Source: Pseudomonadota bacterium (GTDB lineage Bacteria; Pseudomonadota; Alphaproteobacteria; Rhodobacterales; Rhodobacteraceae). From it: DNA of 64,000 nucleotides. Shown here one piece after another: positions 9,909-20,279 of the stretch. The DNA lies in NCBI GenBank assembly GCA_038757905.1, contig JBCDGG010000003.1:7033-71032 (forward strand). Direction: 5' to 3'. Position numbers and translations under genes: made by a program. The stretch's first letter is position 1; each line of letters opens with the position of its first letter. The notes below the pieces were generated by a model. That model ran no database searches. It was given only the letters and a program-made list of their open reading frames with translations, and was not told the DNA's origin.

Positions 9909-9937
9909 CGCACGGTCGGCGGCCAAGGGAGTTGTCG

Positions 9938-10741
9938 ATGCACGAAAAGGAACGACACAGAATCATCCTGTCCGCCGTCGAAGACCGGCCGGTGGTGACC
10001 GTCGTCGATCTGTGCAGCCTGACAGGCGTGTCCGAGGCCACGATCCGCCGCGATATCGCGACCCTTCACATGCAGAAGAAGGTCCGCCGGGTGCGCGGCG
10101 GCGCCGAGGCGATCACGCCGCCGCAGATCATCGGCCTCGCGGGGCGCACCTTCGCGGTGAACGAGACGATCCAGATCAAGGAGAAACAGGCGATCGCGCG
10201 CGCCGCCGTGGATCTTTGCGAAGACGGCGAGTCGATCATCATCAACGGCGGCACCACGACGTTTCAGATGGTGCACCCGCTGGCCTCGCGCCGGGTGCAG
10301 ATCTTCACGAACTCCTTCCCGATCGCCGAGCATCTGCTGAAGCATTCCAAGAACAACATCATGCTGTCCGGCGGTATGATCTACCGCGAGCAGAACGTTA
10401 TCCTGTCGCCGTTCGAGAACGATGTGACCCGCAACTTCTATGCGCGGCGCATGTTCATGGGCGCCCAGGGCCTGGGCCCTCTGGGGCTGATGGAAGCCGA
10501 TCCGCTGCTGATCCAGGCCGAACAGAAGCTGATCGGACAGGCCGATGAGCTGGTCGTGCTGGCCGACAGTTCGAAGTTCGCGCAGCGCTCGAGCCTCGTG
10601 CTCTGCCCATTGGACCGGATCAGCACCGTCATCACGGACGAGGGCATTCCGGACAAGGCGGCCCAGATGCTGGAGGCCGCGGATGTGACGCTCATCGTCG
10701 CTCCGGCCGGCGCCGCTCAGCAGGAAGGAGCGGCTTCGTAA
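9938..10741 (+). CDS. rhaR: DeoR-family transcriptional regulator of the rhamnose locus
   Basis: N-terminal wHTH (ERHRIILSAVEDRPVVTVVDLCSLTGVSEATIRRDI) plus a DeoR C-terminal sugar-phosphate sensor domain. Its position matches Rhizobium rhaR. Confidence 0.85.
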   Translation: MHEKERHRIILSAVEDRPVVTVVDLCSLTGVSEATIRRDIATLHMQKKVRRVRGGAEAITPPQIIGLAGRTFAVNETIQIKEKQAIARAAVDLCEDGESIIINGGTTTFQMVHPLASRRVQIFTNSFPIAEHLLKHSKNNIMLSGGMIYREQNVILSPFENDVTRNFYARRMFMGAQGLGPLGLMEADPLLIQAEQKLIGQADELVVLADSSKFAQRSSLVLCPLDRISTVITDEGIPDKAAQMLEAADVTLIVAPAGAAQQEGAAS

Positions 10742-10787
10742 CGCGCACAAGACAAGGCAAACGTCGCATTCAGGGAGGAAATGAAAC

Positions 10788-11789
10788 ATGAGACGTCGCA
10801 CGTTCACTTCGCTCGTCGCCGGGCTCGGATTCGCCGCGGGCATGATGGGCACAACCGCCATGGCGCAGGACGACATGCGCATCGCGTTGGTCGTCAAGGC
10901 CCTGGGCATCGGCTTTTTCGAAGCGGCCGCAGAAGGCGCCGAGGAGGCCGCGGCCGAGCTTGGCAATGTCGAGATCATCTATACCGGCCCGACCGACACG
11001 ACGGCAGAAGGCCAGATCGAGGTGATCAACGCGCTGATCGCGCAGGGCGTGGACGCCATCGCCATTTCGGCCAACGACCCCGACGCGCTGGTGCCCGCCC
11101 TCAAGAAAGCGCAGCAGCGCGGGATCACTGTGATCTCCTGGGATTCCGGTGTGGCGGAGGAGGGGCGCGCGATGCATCTCAATCCGTCCTCCAACGCGCT
11201 GATCGGAAACATGATCATCAAGCTGGCTGCCGATCATCTGCCCGACGGGGGCCAGGTGGCGGTTCTGTCGGCCTCGGCCACCGCGACGAACCAGAACATC
11301 TGGATCGAAGAGATGAACAAGGTGATGGGCAACTATCCCGGCATCCAGGTCGCTGCGACGGTCTACGGCGACGATCTGGCCGACAAATCCTACCGCGAGG
11401 CGCAGGGGCTAATGCAGTCCTACCCCGATCTGGACGCGATCATCGCGCCGACCAGCGTGGGCATCGTGGCGGCTGCGCAAGCCGTGGAGGATGCCGGCAA
11501 GGTGGGCGAGATCAACGTCACCGGCCTCGGACTGCCCTCGGAAATGGCCGGGGCGATCGCATCGGGCGCGTCGAAGTCCTTTGCCATCTGGAACCCGATC
11601 GATCTGGGGTATTCGGCCGCAATGCTGGCCCATGCGCTGGCCACGGGCGCGGCGGAAGCAAAGCCGGGCGCCGAGATCCCGATGGGGCGGATGGGGTCTG
11701 TCACGCTCGACGACACGAACTCCGCCGCAATGGCCGATCCGTTCGTCTACGACAGCTCGAATATCGACCAGTTCAAGTCGATCTTCTGA
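10788..11789 (+). CDS. rhaS: Rhamnose ABC transporter substrate-binding protein
   Basis: Signal peptide MRRRTFTSLVAGLGFAAGMMGTTAMA and a periplasmic-binding-protein type I fold (IALVVKALGIGFFEAA...). GGGAGG lies 9 nt upstream. Confidence 0.88.
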   Translation: MRRRTFTSLVAGLGFAAGMMGTTAMAQDDMRIALVVKALGIGFFEAAAEGAEEAAAELGNVEIIYTGPTDTTAEGQIEVINALIAQGVDAIAISANDPDALVPALKKAQQRGITVISWDSGVAEEGRAMHLNPSSNALIGNMIIKLAADHLPDGGQVAVLSASATATNQNIWIEEMNKVMGNYPGIQVAATVYGDDLADKSYREAQGLMQSYPDLDAIIAPTSVGIVAAAQAVEDAGKVGEINVTGLGLPSEMAGAIASGASKSFAIWNPIDLGYSAAMLAHALATGAAEAKPGAEIPMGRMGSVTLDDTNSAAMADPFVYDSSNIDQFKSIF

Positions 11790-11854
11790 TCCGGCCCGTT
11801 GCCCTGGCGCGCGACTTCGGCGCCGGGGCGGCACTTCAGCGAGATTGAGGCCCA

Positions 11855-13417
11855 ATGCTGGTGCAGGCTCCAACGGCGGCGTCCGATCAAAGGGCGCCCG
11901 ATCACGTGGCCGCGGGAGAGGCCCCGGTCCTTGCGCTCGACGCGGTGTCGAAGTCGTTTCCGGGCGTCAAGGCGCTGTCGGAGGTGTCGCTGGAGCTCTA
12001 CCCCGGGCAGGTCACCGCCTTGGTGGGGGAGAACGGCGCGGGGAAGTCGACCGTCGTCAAGATCCTGACCGGCATCTACCAGGCCGATAGCGGCGCCATC
12101 GTGATGGACGGACAGACGGTGCACCTGGCCTCCGCGCAGGCGGCCGCGGAGGCCGGCGTGACGGCGATCCATCAGGAGACGGTGCTCTTCGACGAGTTGT
12201 CGGTCGCGGAGAACATCTTTCTCGGCCACGCTCCCAAGGGCAGGTTCGGCCTGATCGACCGGGCAGCGATGGTGCGCCGGGCCGGAGAGATCCTGCGCAG
12301 CATCGGGGCCGAGGTCGACCCCACGCATCTGCTGAAGGAGCTGGGGATCGCCAACAAGCACATGGTGGCCATCGCACGGGCGCTGTCGATCGATGCGCGC
12401 GTCGTGATCATGGACGAACCGACCGCCGCGCTCTCGCACAAGGAGATCGAAGACCTTTACGATCTGGTCGAGAGCCTGAAGACCCAGGGCAAGGCGATCC
12501 TGTTCATCAGCCACAAGTTCGATGAGATCTTCCGCATCGCCGACCGCTACACCGTGTTCCGGGACGGCGCGTTGGTCGGGGCCGGCGACATTTCCGACGT
12601 GACCGAGGCGGAGCTGATCAAGATGATGGTGGGGCGCGACGTCAGCCAGATCTTCCCCGACCGGACGCGCCGGATCGGCGACGAGGTTCTGGTGGTGGCT
12701 GACTACAACCACCCCACGGAGTTCGCCGATATCGGCTTCACGCTTCGGCGAGGCGAGATCCTGGGCGTCTACGGCTTGGTCGGCGCGGGGCGCTCCGAGT
12801 TCATGCAGGCGCTCTTCGGCATCACGCGCGCCGCGCGCGGGACGGTGCATATCGATGGAGCCGCCGTGACGATCCGCTCCCCGGCCGACGCCATCGGGCA
12901 CGGGATCGTCTACGTGCCCGAGGACCGGGGGCGGCAAGGCACGATCTCTGCCCTGCCGATCTTTCAGAACGTGTCGCTGCCCTCGCTCGGGCGAACCTCG
13001 CACAAGGGCTTTCTGCGGCTGGCGGAGGAGTTCAAGGTGGCCCGCGCCTATTCTGAACGGCTGGAGTTGCGCGCCGCCGCTCTGGATGCGCCCGTCGGCA
13101 CCCTATCGGGCGGCAACCAGCAGAAAGTAGTGATCGCCAAGTGGCTGGCGACCCAGCCGAAGGTGATCATTCTGGACGAGCCCACCAAGGGCATCGATAT
13201 CGGGTCGAAGGCCGCCGTGCACGAGTTCATGGCGGAGCTGGCCGCACAGGGGCTGGCGGTGATCATGGTCAGCTCCGAGATCCCCGAGATCCTGGGAATG
13301 TCGGACCGCGCGCTCGTGATGCGCGAAGGGCGCATCGCGGCCGAACTGCAGGGGGACGCGCTTTCGCCCGAGACCCTCGTCCGCCATGCCGCCGGGATAG
13401 GGGCGGGCCGATGCTGA
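11855..13417 (+). CDS. rhaT: Rhamnose/sugar ABC transporter ATP-binding protein (two fused ABC domains)
   Basis: GENGAGKST and LSVAE.. in the first domain, GLVGAGRSE and LSGGNQQKV in the second. About 500 aa, as for RbsA/RhaT-type ATPases. Confidence 0.88.
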   Translation: MLVQAPTAASDQRAPDHVAAGEAPVLALDAVSKSFPGVKALSEVSLELYPGQVTALVGENGAGKSTVVKILTGIYQADSGAIVMDGQTVHLASAQAAAEAGVTAIHQETVLFDELSVAENIFLGHAPKGRFGLIDRAAMVRRAGEILRSIGAEVDPTHLLKELGIANKHMVAIARALSIDARVVIMDEPTAALSHKEIEDLYDLVESLKTQGKAILFISHKFDEIFRIADRYTVFRDGALVGAGDISDVTEAELIKMMVGRDVSQIFPDRTRRIGDEVLVVADYNHPTEFADIGFTLRRGEILGVYGLVGAGRSEFMQALFGITRAARGTVHIDGAAVTIRSPADAIGHGIVYVPEDRGRQGTISALPIFQNVSLPSLGRTSHKGFLRLAEEFKVARAYSERLELRAAALDAPVGTLSGGNQQKVVIAKWLATQPKVIILDEPTKGIDIGSKAAVHEFMAELAAQGLAVIMVSSEIPEILGMSDRALVMREGRIAAELQGDALSPETLVRHAAGIGAGRC

Positions 13418-14394
13418 GAGCGCTGGTCAGATCGCGCGAGGTGCTGCTGGTCAGCGCGATTGCGCTGCTCTTGGCGGTGATCGCGGCGCGGTTCCCCGCT
13501 TTCGTGGCCCCCGCGAACCTTGTCCATGTCTTCAATGACACCTCGCCGCTGATCCTTCTGGCGATCGGTCAGATGATCGTCATCCTGACCAAGTGCATCG
13601 ACCTGTCCGTTGCGGCGAACCTCGCCCTGACCGGGATGGTGGTGTCGATGATCAACGTCGCGGCGCCGGGCGTGCCGGTGGGCGTGATCCTGCTCCTGGC
13701 CGTTGCGCTCGGCGCGGGGCTCGGCATGGTCAACGGGCTGCTCGTCTGGAAGCTGAGCATTCCGCCCATCGTTGTCACGCTGGGGACGATGACGATCTTC
13801 CGCGGCGTGATCTTCCTGCTCTCTGACGGGAAGTGGGTGAACAGCCACGAGATGTCGCCGGCCTTCAAGGCCCTGCCCCGGGCCGAGGTGCTCGGCCTGC
13901 CGGTGCTGAGCTGGATCGCACTGTTTGCGGTGATCGTGTTCGCCATCGTCATGACCCGCACGACGCTCGGACGCGCCTTCTACGCGGTGGGCGGCAACCC
14001 AAAGGCGGCGACCTATGCCGGGATCGACGTGGGCCGGACCCGGTTCTGGGCCTTCACCATTTCGGGCGCGCTGGCCGGTCTGACGGGCTATCTCTGGGTG
14101 TCGCGCTACGCGGTGGCCTATGTGGACATCGCGAGCGGGTTCGAGCTCGACGTGGTGGCCGCCTGCGTCATCGGCGGCGTGTCGATCATGGGCGGGATCG
14201 GGTCGGTCGGCGGGGCGGTTCTCGGCGCGCTCTTTCTCGGCGTGATCAAGAACGCGCTGCCGGTCGTCAACATCTCGCCCTTCTGGCAACTGGCGATCTC
14301 GGGCGGCGCGATCATCATCGCCGTGGCTCTCAACGCCCAAGCCAATCGCGACAAGGGGCGCATCATCCTGAAGCGCGCGGAGCACGCGACATGA
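13411..14394 (+). CDS. rhaP: Rhamnose ABC transporter permease
   Basis: ATG 13411 overlaps the rhaT stop by 7 nt. RbsC-type polytopic permease ([21 protein letters not shown]...). Confidence 0.85.
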   Translation: MLRALVRSREVLLVSAIALLLAVIAARFPAFVAPANLVHVFNDTSPLILLAIGQMIVILTKCIDLSVAANLALTGMVVSMINVAAPGVPVGVILLLAVALGAGLGMVNGLLVWKLSIPPIVVTLGTMTIFRGVIFLLSDGKWVNSHEMSPAFKALPRAEVLGLPVLSWIALFAVIVFAIVMTRTTLGRAFYAVGGNPKAATYAGIDVGRTRFWAFTISGALAGLTGYLWVSRYAVAYVDIASGFELDVVAACVIGGVSIMGGIGSVGGAVLGALFLGVIKNALPVVNISPFWQLAISGGAIIIAVALNAQANRDKGRIILKRAEHAT

Positions 14395-15374
14395 GCCAGA
14401 CCGAACGCTTCATCCCGGATCGTCTGCACTCGCCCCTGCAACGGCGGCTGAGAAGCTGGGAGAGCCTGCTCCTTCTGGTGGCCATCCTGATCTTCACCGC
14501 CAACAGCTTTGCCACCCCGTACTTCCTGAACGCCTGGAACCTCTCCGACGCGACGTTCAACTTCACCGAGAAAGCCATGATCGCTTTCGCCATGGCGCTG
14601 CTGATCATCTCCGGCGAGATCGACCTGTCGGTCGCCTCCATCATCGCGCTGGCCTCGACGGCGATGGGCGCGGCGGTTCAGGTCGGGGTCGGGACGCCGG
14701 GCCTCGTCGTGATCGGCCTCGCGGTGGGGGTGATCTGCGGCGCCGTCAACGGGCTGCTGGTGACCCGGCTCGGCCTGCCGTCGATCGTGGTGACCATCGG
14801 CACGATGAGCCTCTTTCGCGGCATAAGCTATATCGTTCTGGGCGATCAGGCCTTCCGCGGCTATCCGGCCGACTTTGCCTATTTCGGCCAGGGCTATGTC
14901 TTCTGGGTGATCTCGTTCGAGTTCTTGCTCTTTGCCCTTCTCGCCGGGATCTACGGAGTGCTCCTGCACAAAACGAACTTCGGCCGCGCCGTCTATGCCA
15001 TCGGCAACAATCCCACGGGGGCGCTCTTCTCAGGCATCCGCGTGGCACGCGTGAAGTTCGTGCTGTTCCTGCTGACGGGGCTGATGTCCGGTGTGGCCGC
15101 GATCTGCCTGACCTCGCGCCTCGGCTCGACGCGCCCCTCGATCGCCTTTGGCTGGGAGCTGGAGATCGTGACCATGGTGGTTTTGGGGGGCGTCAGCATT
15201 CTGGGCGGATCGGGTTCGATCCCCGGCGTGGTCATCGCCGCCTTCGTCATGGGGCTTGTAACGTTCGGCCTGGGCCTGCTGAACGTGCCCGGGATCGTGA
15301 TGTCGATCGTTGTCGGGGCCCTGCTGATCGCGGTGATCGCGCTGCCCCAACTCTGGCAACGGCAGGAGAGGTGA
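14391..15374 (+). CDS. rhaQ: Rhamnose ABC transporter permease
   Basis: ATGA overlap with rhaP. RbsC-type permease ([35 protein letters not shown]...). Confidence 0.85.
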   Translation: MSQTERFIPDRLHSPLQRRLRSWESLLLLVAILIFTANSFATPYFLNAWNLSDATFNFTEKAMIAFAMALLIISGEIDLSVASIIALASTAMGAAVQVGVGTPGLVVIGLAVGVICGAVNGLLVTRLGLPSIVVTIGTMSLFRGISYIVLGDQAFRGYPADFAYFGQGYVFWVISFEFLLFALLAGIYGVLLHKTNFGRAVYAIGNNPTGALFSGIRVARVKFVLFLLTGLMSGVAAICLTSRLGSTRPSIAFGWELEIVTMVVLGGVSILGGSGSIPGVVIAAFVMGLVTFGLGLLNVPGIVMSIVVGALLIAVIALPQLWQRQER

Positions 15375-15688
15375 TGGAGAAATACGCGTTCAGGATGCGC
15401 CTCAAACCCGGCTGTCGCGACGCCTACAGGCAGCGGCACGACAAGATCTGGCCGGAGCTCGTCGACCTTCTGCGCGGGGCCGGCATCTCGGATTACTCGA
15501 TCCACCTCGACGAGCAGACGAACTGCCTGTTCGGCGTCCTGTGGCGGACCGAGGATCACGGGATGGATCGCCTGCCCGAGCAGGAGATCATGCAGAAGTG
15601 GTGGGCGCATATGGCCGACCTCATGGAAACCTGGCCCGATAACGAGCCGGTGGCGGTGCCGCTGACGCCCGTGTTTCACATGCCATGA
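15374..15688 (+). CDS. rhaU: L-rhamnose mutarotase
   Basis: 104 aa. [29 protein letters not shown]... is the RhaM/RhaU family. The start overlaps the rhaQ stop (GTG 15371 or ATG 15374). Confidence 0.88.
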   Translation: MEKYAFRMRLKPGCRDAYRQRHDKIWPELVDLLRGAGISDYSIHLDEQTNCLFGVLWRTEDHGMDRLPEQEIMQKWWAHMADLMETWPDNEPVAVPLTPVFHMP

Positions 15689-17097
15689 CGGGCGGCCATG
15701 TCGCGGTCATCGATATCGGCAAGACCAACGCCAAGCTTGCCCTTGTCGATCCGACCGATCTGTCCGAGATCGCCGTGGTCACGCAGCCGAATACGGTGCG
15801 ACCCGGGCCGCCCTACCCGCATTTCGACGTCGAGCGGCATTGGGCGTTCCTCCTCGACAACCTGCGAAGCCTTCACGGAGAGCATGGCGTGGCGGCGATC
15901 ACGATCACCACCCACGGCGCGGCCGCCGCGCTGATCGGCCGGGAGGGTGCGCTCGCCGCGCCGATCCTAGATTACGAGTACACGGGCCCCGAACGCCTCG
16001 CGCCAGCCTATGACGCCCTGCGCCCGCCGTTTTCCGAAACGGGGTCGCCCCGCCTGGCGATGGGTCTGAACGTCGGCGCACAACTCCACTATCAGTTCGA
16101 AACCCTCCCGGGCGTCAGGGCGGCCACCCGGTCCGTCGTTACCTATCCGCAATACTGGGCGTTGCGGCTGACCGGCGTCGCGGCGACGGATGTCACCTCG
16201 CTCGGCGCCCATACCGATCTGTGGAATCCGTTCGAGGGGCGGTTCTCCGCCCTGGTCGACCGGCTCGGCCTCGCCGGCAAGATGGCGCCGCCGCGCCCGT
16301 GCGGCGATGTCCTGGGGCCGATCCTGCCGGAGATCGCCACGCGCACCGGCTTGCCCGCGGACACACCCGTGCATTGCGGCCTCCACGATTCCAACGCCTC
16401 GCTGGTGCCGCATCTTCTGCACCGGAGCGCCCCTTTCAGCGTCTTGTCGACCGGAACATGGGTCATCGCGATGGCCGTCGGCGGGGCTCCCGTCACGCTC
16501 GACCCGGCTCGCGATACGCTCGTCAACGTCAATGCCTTCGGCGACCCGGTGCCTTCCGCGCGCTTTATGGGCGGACGCGAGCATGACCTTGCCACGGGCG
16601 GGGCCTATCCGGAGCCGACCGCAGCCGACATTCGCCGCGTGCTGACGGCCGGCACGATGCTGCTGCCCGCCCTTGTGCCGGAGATCGGTCCGTTCGCGGG
16701 ACGGAAAGCCCGCTGGGTCGGGGCCGAGCCCGAAATGGGAACGGTCGCACGCGGGGTCTGCACCGGCCTTTACCTCGCGCTCGTCGCCAGCCAGTGCCTC
16801 GAGTTGATCGGCCATCGGGGCCCCATCGTCGTGGAAGGGCCCTTTGCCGCCAACATGGGCTTCAAATGGATGCTCGGCGCGGCGACCGGCTGCAGCGTTG
16901 AAACGAGCGGCGGGACGACGGGCACGAGCCAGGGCGCCGCTTTGCTGGCCCATCGGGGAGCGCGCGCGCCAGGCCCGCCATCGGTCCGGTCCGCCCCGGC
17001 GCCAGAGCCCGCACCGCCCCGAGAAACGGTGACGTTGCTGGAACGCTATGCACGGGAGTGGAGGAGGCACGCGCAGCACGGGGCACCAAGCCGGTGA
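15685..17097 (+). CDS. rhaK: Rhamnulokinase-type FGGY carbohydrate kinase
   Basis: ATGA overlap with rhaU. N-terminal [16 protein letters not shown] kinase motif. It is the last gene of the rhaRSTPQUK order known from Rhizobium. Confidence 0.8.
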   Translation: MTGGHVAVIDIGKTNAKLALVDPTDLSEIAVVTQPNTVRPGPPYPHFDVERHWAFLLDNLRSLHGEHGVAAITITTHGAAAALIGREGALAAPILDYEYTGPERLAPAYDALRPPFSETGSPRLAMGLNVGAQLHYQFETLPGVRAATRSVVTYPQYWALRLTGVAATDVTSLGAHTDLWNPFEGRFSALVDRLGLAGKMAPPRPCGDVLGPILPEIATRTGLPADTPVHCGLHDSNASLVPHLLHRSAPFSVLSTGTWVIAMAVGGAPVTLDPARDTLVNVNAFGDPVPSARFMGGREHDLATGGAYPEPTAADIRRVLTAGTMLLPALVPEIGPFAGRKARWVGAEPEMGTVARGVCTGLYLALVASQCLELIGHRGPIVVEGPFAANMGFKWMLGAATGCSVETSGGTTGTSQGAALLAHRGARAPGPPSVRSAPAPEPAPPRETVTLLERYAREWRRHAQHGAPSR

Positions 17098-17476
17098 GGG
17101 CCGACGCCCGCGTGCAGCCAGCCGCTCCCGCAGGGATCGATGCGACCCATCTTCGCCCACGGGTCGGGACAAGTACGGATGCGTGCGCTTGTCGTCCGGC
17201 GGGTGGCACCGGTCCGCAGCGGGTGGCTAGAGATAGAAAGGCACCCAGGGCATGTGCACGATCCGGCCATTATCGACAGACACGGCCGTCCGATCCCTGC
17301 CCGCTGCCAATGGTCGGCGGGCGGGCCCGATGCGCGATGCGGAAAGCATGGGCCCCAACCCGCACCGCGCTTCACCTCCCTGTGACGGGCGGACATGTCC
17401 GCTTGGCACGCGGGCCGGCGCCCCCCACTCTGGAGTACCAGGCACATACCCGCCTCGATTGCAGGACCACAGACCC

Positions 17477-18706
17477 ATGGAAAAGATCTCGTTTCCCGGC
17501 GCCTTGGGCGCACCGCTCGCCGCCCGGCTCGACCGGCCCGACGGCCCGCAGCGCGCAACGGCCCTCTTCGCGCATTGCTTCTCATGCTCGAAGGATATCG
17601 CGGCCGCGCGCCGGATCTCGGCGCGTCTGGCCGCCATGGGCATCGCCGTGCTGCGGTTCGATTTCACCGGGCTCGGCCATTCCGACGGCGAGTTCGCCAA
17701 CACCACGTTCACCTCGAATGTGGGTGACCTGAAGGCCGCCGCGGACTGGCTCGCCGCGCAGGAAATGGCGCCGAGCCTGCTGATCGGCCATTCGCTGGGC
17801 GGCGCCGCCGTGCTGAAGGCCGCCGCCGAGATCGACAGCGTGCGCGCCGTCGCGACCATCGGGGCGCCCTTCGATCCCCACCACGTGACGCACAACTTCG
17901 CCCACGCGCTCGACGAGATCGAGGCCCAGGGCAAGGCAGAGGTCACGCTCGGCGGGCGGCCCTTCACCATCGGGCGCGACTTCGTGCACGACACCGCGCA
18001 GGCGGAACTGGGCAAGGCGATCGGCTCCATGAAGCGCGCGCTTCTGGTGCTGCACGCCCCGCTCGACGCGACCGTGGGCGTCGAGAACGCCTCCGACATC
18101 TTCATGGCCGCCAAACACCCCAAGAGCTTTGTCACGCTCGACGGGGCGGACCATCTTCTGACCCGCGCCGCCGACGCAGAATACGCCGCCGAAGTGATCG
18201 CGGCCTGGGTTGTCCGCTATATCGAGCTTGCCCCCATGGAGGCGCCGAAGGGTGCACCGGAGGGCGTGGTGCGCAGCTCCGAGGGCGATCCGGCCGGGTT
18301 TCTTCAGGATATCGCCGCCGGGCCCGATCACATCCTGATCGCCGACGAGCCGAAGGCCTATGGCGGCACGGATCGCGGCCCGACGCCCTATGGCCTCGTC
18401 TCCGCGGGGCTTGCCGCCTGCACCTCGATGACGATCCGCATGTATGCGCGACGCAAGGGGCTGGCGCTGGAGCATGTCTGGGTCGACGTCACCCATGACA
18501 AGGTCCATGGCAGTGACGCCGAAGGGGCAGAGGCGGCGAGCCCGAAGATCGACCGGTTCTCCCGCGTCGTGCACCTGCAGGGCGATCTGACGGCCGCGGA
18601 GCGGGCGCGGCTGCTCGAGATTGCCGACAAATGCCCGGTCCACCGCACGCTGGAGGCCAGCGCCGAGGTGATCACCACCGAAGCCGAGGTGACCGAACCC
18701 GCCTGA
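17477..18706 (+). CDS. Bifunctional alpha/beta hydrolase - OsmC family protein
   Basis: N-terminal hydrolase domain (GHSLGG nucleophile elbow, FAHCFSCSKD) fused to a C-terminal OsmC/Ohr-like domain (GPTPYGLVSAGLAACTSMT...KCPVHRTL). Start at MEKISFPG. Confidence 0.8.
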   Translation: MEKISFPGALGAPLAARLDRPDGPQRATALFAHCFSCSKDIAAARRISARLAAMGIAVLRFDFTGLGHSDGEFANTTFTSNVGDLKAAADWLAAQEMAPSLLIGHSLGGAAVLKAAAEIDSVRAVATIGAPFDPHHVTHNFAHALDEIEAQGKAEVTLGGRPFTIGRDFVHDTAQAELGKAIGSMKRALLVLHAPLDATVGVENASDIFMAAKHPKSFVTLDGADHLLTRAADAEYAAEVIAAWVVRYIELAPMEAPKGAPEGVVRSSEGDPAGFLQDIAAGPDHILIADEPKAYGGTDRGPTPYGLVSAGLAACTSMTIRMYARRKGLALEHVWVDVTHDKVHGSDAEGAEAASPKIDRFSRVVHLQGDLTAAERARLLEIADKCPVHRTLEASAEVITTEAEVTEPA

Positions 18707-18800
18707 GGCTCGACCGGCGCGGGGGCCGACAGCGCCCGCGCCACCGCTGGACATCCCCGAAGGCGCAGGGCACACCGCCCTCGCAGACAGGGAGGTGCCG

Positions 18801-19742
18801 ATGGCTCCGCGCAAGATCATCATTGATACCGACCCGGGGCAGGACGACGCCGTCGCCATCCTGCTTGCGCTCGCGTCCCGGGACGAGATCGAGGTGCTGG
18901 CGATCACCGCGGTGGCGGGCAATGTGCCGCTTCCCCTGACTGCGCGGAACGCTCGCGTGGTCTGCGAATTGGCGGGCGAGAAGAGCGTGCCGGTGCATGC
19001 CGGATGCGACCGCCCCCTCGCTCGGGATCTGGTGACGGCGGAGCATGTGCACGGAAAGACCGGGCTCGATGGCGCCGACCTGCCCGACCCGGTGACGGAC
19101 CTCGCCGCGAGCCACGCGGTCGACGCGATCATCCACCATGTCCGGCGCGAGCCGCCCGGCACGGTCACGCTGTGCCCGCTCGGCCCGCTGACCAACATTG
19201 CCACGGCCCTGCGGCGCGCCCCCGACATTGCCGAACGCCTCGGCGGGATCGTTCTCATGGGGGGTGCGTATTTCGAGGTCGGCAACATCACGCCCGCGGC
19301 GGAGTTCAACATCTACGTCGATCCCGAAGCCGCCGCCCATGTGTTCGCCTGCGGGGCCGAGATCACCGTTCTGCCGCTCGACGCGACGCACAAAGCGCTG
19401 ATCACCCAGCCGCGGCTTGGCGCGATTGCCGCGCTCGGCACGCCGGTGGCGCAGGCGGTCGCAGGGTGGCTCGATTTCTACGAGCGTTTCGATCTGGAAA
19501 AGTACGGCGGCGCCGGCGGGCCGCTGCATGATCCTTGCGTGATTGCCTATCTGCTTGCGCCGGAGCTCTTCACCGCCCGGCATGTCAACGTCGAGGTCGA
19601 GACCGTGTCGTCGCTGACCCGGGGCATGACCGTCGCGGATTGGTGGGGCGTCACCGAGCGCCCGCGCAATGCGCATTTCGTTGGCGGGGTCGATGCCGAG
19701 GGGTTCTTCGACCTGCTGACCGACCGGCTCGCCCGGCTGTGA
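18801..19742 (+). CDS. Nucleoside hydrolase (inosine/uridine-preferring family)
   Basis: IIDTDPGQDDAVAILLAL is the hallmark DTDPGxDD motif. GGAGG lies 5 nt upstream of ATG 18801 (GTG 18795 is also possible). Confidence 0.88.
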   Translation: MAPRKIIIDTDPGQDDAVAILLALASRDEIEVLAITAVAGNVPLPLTARNARVVCELAGEKSVPVHAGCDRPLARDLVTAEHVHGKTGLDGADLPDPVTDLAASHAVDAIIHHVRREPPGTVTLCPLGPLTNIATALRRAPDIAERLGGIVLMGGAYFEVGNITPAAEFNIYVDPEAAAHVFACGAEITVLPLDATHKALITQPRLGAIAALGTPVAQAVAGWLDFYERFDLEKYGGAGGPLHDPCVIAYLLAPELFTARHVNVEVETVSSLTRGMTVADWWGVTERPRNAHFVGGVDAEGFFDLLTDRLARL

Positions 19743-19751
19743 TGCGGCCCG

Positions 19752-20198
19752 ATGAGTGCTAAGCTCACCCTCTGCGGCCCCGACGCCCTCGCCCGGCTCG
19801 ATCCGATGGTCGCGGCGTTCCATACCGAGATGGCGTTCGAGAGCACGGCCGAGGATCGCGCCGCCGCCATCGTCCCGCTGCTCGAGGGCAGCCCCTATGG
19901 CGCGGCCTATCTGATCGGTCCGGAACGGGCGCCGGTGGGGTATCTGGTCGTCACCTTTTCCTGGTCGCTGGAGTTCGGCGGGATGGACGCGATGCTCGAC
20001 GAGATCTGGGTGCGGCCCGCAGTGCGGGGCCGTGGCATGGCGGCCGAGGCGATCGAGGCGCTGGTGCAGGCGCTCCGCCCCGCCGGGATCCGCGCCATCT
20101 CCCTCGAAGCCGAGCGCGGCGGGAAAGCGGCGCGGCTCTACGAGCGGCTGCGGTTCGTCGCGCGGGAGCGCTACCACCTGATGAGCCGGACGCTCTGA
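19752..20198 (+). CDS. GNAT-family N-acetyltransferase
   Basis: 148 aa. The acetyl-CoA-binding block VRPAVRGRGMAAEAIEAL is typical of GNAT motif A. Confidence 0.75.
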   Translation: MSAKLTLCGPDALARLDPMVAAFHTEMAFESTAEDRAAAIVPLLEGSPYGAAYLIGPERAPVGYLVVTFSWSLEFGGMDAMLDEIWVRPAVRGRGMAAEAIEALVQALRPAGIRAISLEAERGGKAARLYERLRFVARERYHLMSRTL

Positions 20199-20279
20199 GC
20201 TTGCGCCCCGGGCGACAGGCCCCATTTCTGCCCTAGGTCCCGTCCCGGGCCGGTAACTGGCCCCGCGGCCGGAGGATCC

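Noticed and set aside
10781-11848. Alternative-frame ORF 10781..11848 (+, 355 aa) starting 7 nt before rhaS.
   Set aside because: Its product is Arg/Gly/Asp-rich nonsense. The 10788 frame gives a signal peptide and a sugar-binding-protein fold, and it has correct RBS spacing.
17098-17476. 380-bp gap after rhaK containing short ORFs, e.g. a minus-strand tail ...VSVDNGRIVHMPWVPFYL ending at 17227, and 17140..17385 (+).
   Set aside because: There are no recognisable motifs, codon usage is mixed, and there is no RBS. It is more likely spacer or promoter region for the hydrolase-OsmC gene, though a gene remnant cannot be excluded.
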